Below are positions 53,850-64,000 of a DNA stretch of 64,000 nucleotides, piece by piece. The stretch lies in NCBI RefSeq assembly GCF_964355755.1, contig NC_092674.1, positions 27,652,001-27,716,000 of the forward strand. Reading direction: 5' to 3'. A model generated the notes under the pieces. That model saw nothing but the letters and a program-made list of their open reading frames with translations. It ran no database searches and had not been told where the DNA came from. How positions within the stretch are numbered: the stretch's first letter is position 1; the number at the start of each line of letters is the position of its first letter. A program made the translations under genes and the position numbers. The DNA comes from Antedon mediterranea (Eukaryota; Animalia; Echinodermata).

Positions 53850-54167
53850 CAAAAAATCGGCTTATATAATGCCTAAAAATACTTTTTCCAACTCCAGCCA
53901 TTCAAAATGCGTGTTCAGTTCAATTATTGGCACTTCTTTCTACCCATCCCTCCATATTTTATCGCCTTCCTAAGGCTTAATATAGGTAATGTTGGTGAAG
54001 TGAAATGTACCCTTCAATTATTCAATATTTATCTAATTAATATAGACTACTGTCAAATAAATATTAAAGTTCAACAAAATATTATATTATATGTATATTT
54101 ACTTCCAGCGTATACCAATTTTTTATTTATACAGTTAATGTTGTTCATCTAGTTTCTGCTAAAGTGA

Positions 54168-54631
54168 TGTGAATAGGTTTAGAAACTAAAGTTAATTCCA
54201 TAATTTGCTGGAAACCAGGGGCGGAGCGGAACGGGAAGGCTAACATATAATATATATAAATAGATATTAAATAAGTACAGTAAATCATAATTTTATTTCA
54301 GCTTTCAAAAGTGGGGAGTGTGAATAGGTTTAGAAACTATAAAGTTAATTCCATAATTTGCTGGAAACCAGGGGCGGAACCAGGATTTTCCAACGGGAAG
54401 GCTAACATATAATATATATAATATAAATATATATAAGTACAGTAAATCATAATTTTATTTCAGCTTTCAAAAGTGGGGAGTGTGAATAGGTTTAGAAACT
54501 ATAAAGTTAATTCCATAAATTGCTGGAAACAGGGGCGGAACCAGGATTTTCCAACGGGAAGGCTAACATATAATATATATAAATAGATATCAGTAGATCA
54601 TAATTTTATTTTAGCTGTCAAAAGTGGGGAG
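54168..54631. repeat. Tandem triplication of ~150-160-bp unit
   Basis: GTGAATAGGTTTAGAAACT...CAGGGGCGGA...AAAAGTGGGGA repeated three times downstream of the sialyltransferase stop codon. Confidence 0.85.
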
Positions 54632-56358
54632 TGTTCTCCCCCATGATCATGGAATATATTTATTGGTTAAAGTAAAATTAAAAGAAAATATGCTTAGTAT
54701 ACAGCATAGGCATTGTTGTGCATGCTCCATATGCCAATAAACTTGTGTAAACACCTGTTGATTTTGTAAAATTACCGTAGCAAATATATCATATTTATTG
54801 TCAACATTGCAGTATCAGTTTATCAGAATGTAGAGTCATTTGCAACTCACTGTGTTTTAACTTTTATATGATTGTATTACATTGGTGATGATTTTTGTTA
54901 AGTTGAAAATTTATATAATTGTGATTGAATATGTATATCTCATTTTAAATTGTTTTAAATATAGATATTATAATAAAATGATTTTACTTTACATAAAATT
55001 GAACGACAAAAAATATCCTGGTTCCTAAAGGTTTAGTCTCCTTCACTATTGTAATATGCTACCATTTAAAAAAATTAAATGGTACACATATTTACAGGAA
55101 AGGGAAGCGACAAGGTTCAAACTAAAAGGCCACAGTCAGACATAATGTGTTATCTGTGACTAGATTATTCCAATTGGCTAATGTTTACTGCTAGAGGGCA
55201 GTATACATTTTTGAGTCAATTCAATGTGATAGTATCACATTGTTTTAATGTAAAACCAGCATAATTAACATAAACATAATTATAGCTGATAGGTGTTATC
55301 TGCCAGTATACTGTACAATTTTTTTATTTTTGGCATAGCAATGTACAATTCTGTTTGTAATTTTTATTTATGTAGGCCTAGTCTATCAAATTATACCTAT
55401 CCATAGTATACAACCATGGACTTTTAATCTTGTGAATTTTGTACACAGTTTTACAACTCCTTCTACATGGTGTCAACTATATTTTCTACTAGCAGCTCAA
55501 CAGTATGCTATGCTCGAGCTAGCTGCATGTAAAACGCTGACAATGGAGGTCTCCGTTTTGTATGCTTTTGAAAATGTTAATAATTTAGTGGACAACCCCT
55601 CAACAGTTATGTTACGGTTGTGTAGTTGCCCTATAATAATCATTTTATAACCATGTAAAATGATATGAAAAATATTTTTATACAATAATTCTAAATTATT
55701 TCAATGAAATGTTTAAATTGTGTTCATTATTTTAAGACTGATCTGCAATACTGTAGAATAAGAATGTTAAATTGTAATGAGACAAATTATTTTCGTATGA
55801 GGACAAATTAAGACAAAATGTATCCTTTTTGTTTATGTTTACATATTGTATTATGCAAACTTTGAATAGGCAAGTTTTTAGTTATTCACTTTAGCAGAAA
55901 AAAAAGAGACAAAATAAATGGTTAAATTTAACCAAAAACCAGTTGTCTGACAGACAGTAGGCTTCCAGTTGACTATTTTTTCCTTGAAAATTTCCAGGTG
56001 AATCATTTTTTGAAAGTGAATAACTGTTATGTGAAATGAACATGGTACAGTATATTCAATGGGACTATTATATATCTTTAGAGGTACTCTATATAAACAA
56101 ATTGTATCAACAGTGTTTGATTTTTTTTTTTAAGGCTAGTCTAAAATTAATTCCAATGCTAACATGCAATCATTAATAAAACAAACAAAAAATACATGGT
56201 TTTGTTTTTTTGTCGAAATTTATTAGAAAATGCTAGATGTGCGAGTGTATGTATTACCCACTGAAATGAACTATTATGGTCGACAGAGTTCTGTATTAAC
56301 ATAATCACACCTTTAGGTGTACTTTTTACACCAAGGAAGGAACAAAGAGTGAAGACTT

Positions 56359-58230
56359 CTATGGTGAAGCAACTGAGGTAAAAGGGCTTGGAACAATATT
56401 TGGTTCGATAGAGTTGAAATCAATGGTGACCTTTGACATTGATGGTGTAAATTGCCTGTAAAAAAAAGGAAATAATACCACTATTTAATGTCTGAAAAAA
56501 AGTATAATATTATCAATGAATCCTCTTTGTCATCTTTACCCAAGAGTGATGGGATAATGACCATTTACTAAAAACGAAGCAATTATGGGACTGACTTACT
56601 CCATGGCGACCAGAGGGATTTCTGAATCGGTAACAGTAGCCAGGCGGATTCCATTAATTCCTCCCGCATATAATGTACATGAATGGATGTAATTGATTTC
56701 CCTCACACCAACTTACATGTTGGTCTGGACGTACCTATATTTTACACCCGCTAATTGCAACAGTTTCCTTGAGGCAATCATTTTGTCATCATTGTGGTAT
56801 TTGTCGGACAAATATATGACGGTCTTGATCCCTGATTGGATAACAATTTTTGCGCATTCGTTGCACGGAAACAAAGCGACGTACATGGTACACCCTTTTA
56901 AATCGGCCGAGTTCTTATTCATTATTGCGTTTACTTCTGCATGGCATACTGAAATTAAAACATCAAATATTATATATGTATAAAATAACATTCATAATAA
57001 TAATACATATCTGTCTTATGGTTATATTTGTTAATCATGCATTTAATATTTTAATAAAGTGCAATACACACAATACAATGTTTTATTTACAACTTTAAAA
57101 CCTAAGCTGAAAATGTTCCTGGTCGTGTCTAAAAATGAATATACAAATTTATCAAGAGGTAATTGGCTCATTTGAGTTACAACAATGTACTTGCTTAAGC
57201 TGGCCAGTATTTTAAAAATTTATTTTCGTCATATTGTTTGGAGATTTACCGTAAGGATACTTTGTTTCCAGCCAATTGTCTGCGTTCCTTTTCCATGGGA
57301 GCTTTTCGTCGTCGCATCCGGTTGGCATTCCATTGTAACCAATCCCAACAATTCTTTTATCATTATTTACTATACATGCACCCACCTATATGGAAACAAT
57401 TTTTTTATGTGAATGTAGGCCGATTGCGTTTTGAGAACATGTAAGTAAAACAAGTACCGTTTTACCATGTACTTAAATACTCAGTTACGACGTGAAAGAA
57501 AAGTAGTTTGACCTGAGAACTTGGATCTTTACTTCGTTGTGCAGACAGGAATGCTATCGCCATAAAATAGTCATCCCAGCTTAAATAGTCATCTCGCTTC
57601 TTGTTTAAATCTTGCTGGCTGCTGCTTGTGGGTTAAAAAAAAGAAAAATTCAATAATTATTAATAATTTTATTAAATAAAAATATTTATAAAATAATATT
57701 TTTGCCTACTACTATAATACAGTTGAGTGTGCCTAACAGTTGAGTATAGTCTACCCCCTTTCTCCAGGAGAGGCAGGCTATAGTTCGCCTAGTCTAGCTA
57801 GATGCTAAAGCTAGCTCTATGTATGCCATGGGCCGGCTCTGCCTGGTTAGCCCAGCTTGCCCTGTCTGTGTACTGTAACAGGCCTACTACTACTAACTAC
57901 TAGAGTAGTACTACTGTACTGATTGCTAGCTCTATTATTAGTCAAGGGCGGCTAGTAGTAGGCCCCCTACTCTAGTCCACTCTAGTCTAGAGTCTAGCCA
58001 GGCCTGGCTCAAGAAGGCCTAGCCTAGCCTAGGCCTCCTCAAACACAAAATGTGTGTTGTAGCCTGTAGGAGGACCGGTACCTTACCCATTGCAAATTTT
58101 AATTATATGCCTAGAGTTACCTCATATTGTGTAGACCTACTTCACCTGATACCGATCTTTTTTTTAAAGGTGGTGATCCAGCGTCAAACAATTGCTGATT
58201 GAAGTTGACCGGAATCCGACCATCACCCAT
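56359..58230 (-). CDS. DCTD: Deoxycytidylate (dCMP) deaminase
   Basis: Exons 58230-58121, 57624-57513 (NAG-NAG-NAG acceptor), 57385-57250, 56948-56735, 56455-56359 (TAG). Motifs [43 protein letters not shown], zinc motifs CHAEVNA and PCNEC. Confidence 0.95.
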
Positions 58231-58669
58231 GTTTATGTTTTTTTCATTCGCGCGTTTTCCAACCAATCATATTACGTCATCGACATATCTTAAAATTCTT
58301 ATTTGTCGCCCCCTGTTTTTCCCTAAAGCGCGCGTTCATTGCCTAGCCTGATCCGCTAATGCAACAGTTTTTCTATGGTTTCGTTATATTATTACTACAG
58401 ACTGACAGTGGTTAGGTCACGTTTTTGTTGATTGCTGCCCGCTTAAAACTCCTTCGAATTGTCGGCATACTTTTCTCACAACGTAATCCAGCTACCGCTG
58501 AGCAGGTCCTTATTATGCAAATTACTGTTCCTCTGTTATGCTAATTAGCCGACCAGAAACGTAAACGTCGTTGGAGTGTGTACACAAGATGGCGTTAGTT
58601 TGGTGCTGTGTGGTACTCAAAATCAGACGTTAGTTACCTCAATTTAATGGAAATTAATACTTGGAAAAT
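58231..58669. promoter_or_regulatory. Putative bidirectional promoter DCTD / WWC
   Basis: 439 bp between divergent start codons; CpG-containing; CCAAT (58263), CRE-like TTACGTCA (58272), YY1-like AAGATGGCG (~58586). Confidence 0.6.
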
Positions 58670-58797
58670 ATGCAACAAAGAAGCTATGCTGAAATGCCAT
58701 TGCCACCAGGGTGGGAAGAGGCAAAAGCTGCGGATGGAAAGACATTTTTTATCGACCATAACACTCAACGAACTTCGTGGGTTGACCCGCGCGACAG
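58670..58797 (+). CDS. WWC1: KIBRA/WWC family protein, first coding exon (WW domain 1); rest of gene beyond window
   Basis: [43 protein letters not shown] then GTGAGT donor. An N-terminal WW domain ending in W.DPRDR matches KIBRA/WWC exon 1. Probably the single pre-vertebrate WWC1/2/3 ortholog. Confidence 0.85.
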
Positions 58798-60722
58798 GTG
58801 AGTGAAAAGCGAGTTTTAGTCGATACGGAAACGATTCGGCAACCAAAACAATAGTCTGTTTTAACTAGATTAGGGCCTAAGTCTGTGTCAGTAAAACATC
58901 GAATGTTATCGTTCAGTTTCTTTAGTTTGTATTTAAATTACGATTACGTTTTCACTTAAATTTAATTAAGTTAATCCTAGCATTTTTATCAGAAATGTCG
59001 AGTTGATGAAAATAACCTGTTGATTGTTGTTTTTATCAACAGTTTATTTACCGTTACAATTCATTCAAAATAAATGTTGGTGGCATGGCTTCTGTGTACA
59101 TACCGATCATGTGGTTTTTTACACAATTACAAACTTGCATACTTGTGGCATGATTAATTTAAATGTCATGTATAAATACTGCAGGAAGTGAAAAGATGAA
59201 TTTATTATAATGGTTTTATTGTTTGTTGGCTTCAGTGTTTTTATTTTTGTTTTTTTATATATTTCCAGAATCTTTTTTTTAACCTTTTATTTTTTTCACT
59301 AATGTTTATAGCTATACAATTGTATGATTTAAAGAGAAAAATAAGGGATTTTTTTGATTGTGTACTTGGCCTGTTCCAATAACCAATGTATATTTTAAAA
59401 TAATACAACATTTTAAATTAATTAGTATTACATTAATACATAATAGTGTACAGACAGTACAGTGTTGTTTATACTTCTGTACAGTAGGTCCATAATTTTA
59501 GTACAAGTGTACACAGTATATCTTGTCAAATTCTGTATCATCTTTACGTTTAGGTCATCATGATTAATCAAGCAAGAATGTTCAAATAGTGCACATATGG
59601 CGTGTCATTGACCATTTATTTTCCTAATTGTATCAATTTTATTTGTTTTTGTTGTTTTATTTTAATGGTATATTTTACTCATCTATTTAATTGATTGTTA
59701 TGCATCATCACAATACTTAACTAACAATAATAGTTTTGATTTCATGTTATTGATAGTATGAGTATACATTTCACTAATTTGGGTGAGATAATATAACTGT
59801 TAAAATTAGTTACAGTACAGTGCCATATCTGAGGAAGAATGTACAAACAATACATTATCAGTATATTACTACAAAGTGTATAAATAGGCCTATTGTATAA
59901 TAGTTGTGTATAATACAATATGTTGTACAGTATTAGATTAGAAATTGTATATCAATCATTTCTAATTAAAACACTCCATGATTACTTATAGTAAATAGTA
60001 TACATTCCTTGACCATTCACTGTAACAATTTAATTATTTATTTCAATGACCAAAAGTACAAATTCCATTGACCATTGTGTCTGGTCATTCATAAACAAGC
60101 ACTTGGCATCTGATGTTACTGTTGTATCACATTTCGTGGTCCTGAATTGGTACTACAGTATACTATACTGTGTGTGTACTGTATATTCAAAATTAATATT
60201 TTAAAATTCTGTAAATTATTCAGTAATCTAATCAGTTATTTGGTACTATATTATTTAGGCCCACTTATATACTACAAAATTACACATTCATGCACAATGT
60301 ACATTAAAGTAGGCCTACAGTAAAAACAAATTGCTTTGGCCTTCCACAGACAAATTATATTGACCTCACTACAGTATACTTTACATTCCATTGACCAAGG
60401 TTCAAGACTGATTGACATAGTAAATATTATACACTCTGACCCAAATATTTAGTAAGGTACATTAAACATCAACACATACCTGTACAGTTTCTCTGTCTTG
60501 TACAGTAGCACATAAACAGTAGTCAGTTTATGATTCAACTAATGAGGTGCTTAGCATTTACTGTACAGTAGTACTGTTATGCAAACATTCCTACAGCAGA
60601 TATTAGACCAGCTGAACCCATGTATTGATGAGTTCATTCCACCAGAAGACATTGTTTTATTTATTGAAAGATATGTTGGAAGAATTCTAAGCCTTCGGAC
60701 CTTACTATGCCGTAGTCTCTAA

Positions 60723-60856
60723 AGCTTGGTTCCCACTAACGGTGTAACATAAGAAAATGCCCTTCCAATAATTGTGTTTCCCCTCTCCTGCGTGAAGTAA
60801 AAATTGTCAGCAATGTTGTGTCAATGCGATGTTGAGTTGCTAGTGGAACCACACTT
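60723..60856. mobile_element. Harbinger-like MITE in WWC intron 1
   Basis: Imperfect TIR AGCTTGGTTCCCACTA / TAGTGGAACCACACT with TWA flanks. Confidence 0.5.
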
Positions 60857-63800
60857 TAAGTATTACTGTGGTGGACTGTATTTCACAGTACAAATAGTAC
60901 TGTAGTTCAAACTTATGTCCGTTACTGTATCTTTAAGATCAAGAAGGTGGATTCCCAAAAGTTAAGGGCAGGGTGGGTGGGGAATGATCTTTGTGTACTA
61001 CTACAATACAGGGTGTAAACAATTCGGATTGATACATTGTTTGACTTTACCAACCCACCCTAACATTCCAATATATACTACTGTAAATAAAGTCATTTTT
61101 TTACCAAGGAAAGTAACTAATGCTAAAACCCACAACGGAAATGAAAGTTCACATTTTTTACAGGCCTACTTTACATAATTTATGGGATACTCACTAGGCT
61201 CATGTTTCAACAATATCAACTTGTTGGAGTTTGTTCAATTAATGAATGTTTCATACGTTATTACAGTACAAAACAACAGTGTATTGTAACAGGTCAACTA
61301 CTGTAACCATTAAAGTTGATGTGTGTAGATATTGTTATAGTTTGGTTCTATAGCAACTATACACATTTATTTAAAGCATAAAAACCAGTAGAACATAATA
61401 ATACAGTATTACCATGGACATACATAGGTCCATGATATCACGATTACAGTATGCTAGCCTATCCCTTGTATCTGAAAGGACAAGTCCCTTCTTTAATGTT
61501 TCTGATTAGTAGATTAATATATATTGCTGGGAATTCCTTGACTAGACCTTCTCATGCATAGGCTTCCTGAGGAATTTTGATAATTTGTCTTGTTGTAGAC
61601 AACTGAGTTATAGGAATTCTAAAGTCAGAATTCCAAAGTTAAAGGAATGTTTGTTGATCAGTTCACTACATTATTTAATAATATATAGTTGAATGATATT
61701 ACAGTTAATACTAATAGAAGAGTTTTTATTTAAAAATATTTGTTTTCTAATTTTATACTGATTATGTACAGTAGATGTACTACTGTACCTGAGTAGAAGC
61801 TGACCAGGTGAAAAAATGTTTATATACTGAAAACTGTCTATACTTCCTATGTGAAACATCTGAGTCTACAGTACTGTAAATGTTTAAAACATTAAATTGG
61901 GTAATTTCTACTGACTTCTTGTATCACTACAGTAAATCCCACAAACCAAAATAAAAAAATAGCAAACCTTATCAAAAGTAAATTTAATGTAAATCACACT
62001 GGTGAATATGCCTTATTCATTATTGCATGAAAAAAAACTTATTGCATACAAAAAAAATCTTGGAATTTTCCAAAAGTGAGTGATGCCTGCAGGGTGACTC
62101 ACTTACTGTACAGTCTACAGTACTACTAACTGTATATTGTACACAATTAATAAAATGAAAAATATCCTACTGTATGGTATTTGTATAAAATAATGTCTGC
62201 AATTCAATATGCATTGCAAGTCTGTACATTGGTACCATTTATTAAAATATACAGTATTGCATACTGCTGTACTGTAAAAGTGAATTTCTGTAGCAAGTGG
62301 TTTATTGTGCTTTTCTGTAGGCAATGGAGTATTCTCTATCCTTATTAACAGGATCTATCTGCTCCTCCATGTTTGTGATTTATGGCTCTAATAAAGACAT
62401 TCCTAAAATGTATACAAACAATAAGATTTATGTACTATAGTAGTCATTTTTAAAGTGCTTTGTGTAAAGTGATTGTTGTATCAGAAAAGAAATTGTTCAA
62501 CTTTTAACCTTGCTTTACAACTTTCCCATGGGCTTTTCAAAGGAAATTTCTTGGCCATAAAAGATCATTTTCATTACCCTTCTTTTATATGGAATGAGGC
62601 TTTAATTTCAGCATGGTAAACTAAGATAATAGGCCTACATAAATTAATTGTAACAACTGTTGAGAAATGAGTTTTGTAAAGTGAATATACAGTAATCTGG
62701 TGTGAAAATAGAAAGATGAATGAATTCTATGAATTTTAACATCTGTCTCGCTTAATAAATCAATTTAATCATAATAAACTCTGATTAATCTGGTCTTCAC
62801 ACAACTGATGTCAATAAACTTGGGAAGAAAATAATAAATAATGTTTTCCTTTATTTCACTATTTATTATACAGATTTTTTTTTTATTTGATTATTTTGTT
62901 ACATTTTGTACAATTGCATTGTTAATTTTTTTTTAATGCTTACACAGTTATATACTTACTGTAGTACTGTACATTTTGGTACATGCTTCTATTCTGTTGG
63001 CTATATATAGTATAACACAATCAGTTTAATGTACTGTACAGTCCTAACAAAAGTTAATTTTTTGTTTATTTCTAGCTATATTTTTTACCTTTTGTTTAGA
63101 TTATTATTAATTAGTTATTCAATAAACTAATCAACTTAGTTTTACAGTATTTTATTATTGTATTACATTTAAACAGTACAGTATTTTTTAATTGTTGTGC
63201 TGTACCGAATAGATTTATAAATATAAGAAAGTTTTTAAATTTATATTTTGTTACCCATAGGTCAGAAAAAAATGTTGTTTTGTGTCTTGTACTGTAGAAT
63301 ATGGTGGTATACCGCTAACTATAACAACAGTACTTATTGTAACACTACCAATATAATGGCTACTAGAGCAAGCTGTGAAACTTTTAAACATTTTCATTGT
63401 TTATTATTTAATAAATGCTTCCTTTTTGTTTATATTAATTTAAGCATGTAAAGTTTCCTGTGGTTATTGTTCTTTTAAAAATGAATTGCCCTAAATATTG
63501 ATCAATAAAACCAATTAGTTGTGATTTTTACAATTAACAGTTGTTTGTTGAACAGATTTTGTTCCAGTAAAAATATATTTAATATGTCTTGTACATAAAA
63601 TAAAGGATTCATTTAATTTTTTAAATGCAGTTTATTATTTTTAATCTTTACAATGGTCTTTTTCACAATTTGCCACTTAATCAATGTAAACAGGTCATTC
63701 TGTGCATGAACAGAAGGACTTTTTAACTCGACAGCTGTATCTGTGAAGTTTAATTTGTTACTTTTCATGAGTTACTGTTGAATTTGTTCTTATCTGAAGA

Positions 63801-64000
63801 TGTTTATGTTTTTGCCCAGCTTTGTTTTTATTATTGATGGACACTTGACCATTACCACCAGGATATTATTCCTACCCTCTGGACATTTGTCAAGGCTGGT
63901 GTCCTTATCATTGGAAACAACCTGTAGCTACTGTAAAATAAAAACACTGCAGTAACAAGTAGTACTAATTGTAGTTCTGTACACAGTACAGGTACTTTGT

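Noticed and set aside
57615-57650. U12-type intron in DCTD (TTTTTAAC near the acceptor)
   Set aside because: No RTATCCTT 5' splice site; a normal GTAACT donor at 58120 gives the correct phase.
58798-64000. Short ORFs in the last 5 kb
   Set aside because: AT-rich intron 1 of WWC; no second WW exon or other coding signal recognised.

Overview
AT-rich, intron-rich eukaryotic genomic DNA, most likely a marine invertebrate deuterostome (echinoderm-like; inference only). Six spliced protein-coding genes could be assembled by hand with consistent GT-AG phases: a 5'-truncated ACSF2-like acyl-CoA synthetase (+, <137-6751), CHM/Rab escort protein (+, 7565-15389, 15 exons), CWH43/PGAP2IP (-, 18547-29910, 14 exons), an ST6GalNAc III-VI-type sialyltransferase (+, 49043-53849), dCMP deaminase DCTD (-, 56359-58230) and, head-to-head with it, the first coding exon of KIBRA/WWC (+, 58670-58797). 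The most striking structure is a 12.1-kb foldback-type DNA transposon (30008-42122) inserted about 100 bp upstream of the CWH43 start codon. It has ~67-bp imperfect terminal inverted repeats and a GAACTCTT target duplication. Inside are two oppositely oriented arrays of a 97-bp unit that shares its core with the TIR, a central 193-bp satellite with a 580-bp higher-order repeat, and a promoter/exon-like cargo segment. A Penelope-like retroelement remnant in a CWH43 intron carries a minimal hammerhead ribozyme with a swapped G3-C8 core pair. Also present: two smaller foldback elements with 10- and 8-bp TSDs, a non-autonomous Helitron, many PIF/Harbinger-type MITEs, tRNA-SINE and RTE fragments. 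All calls are from reading the sequence; no database searches were run.
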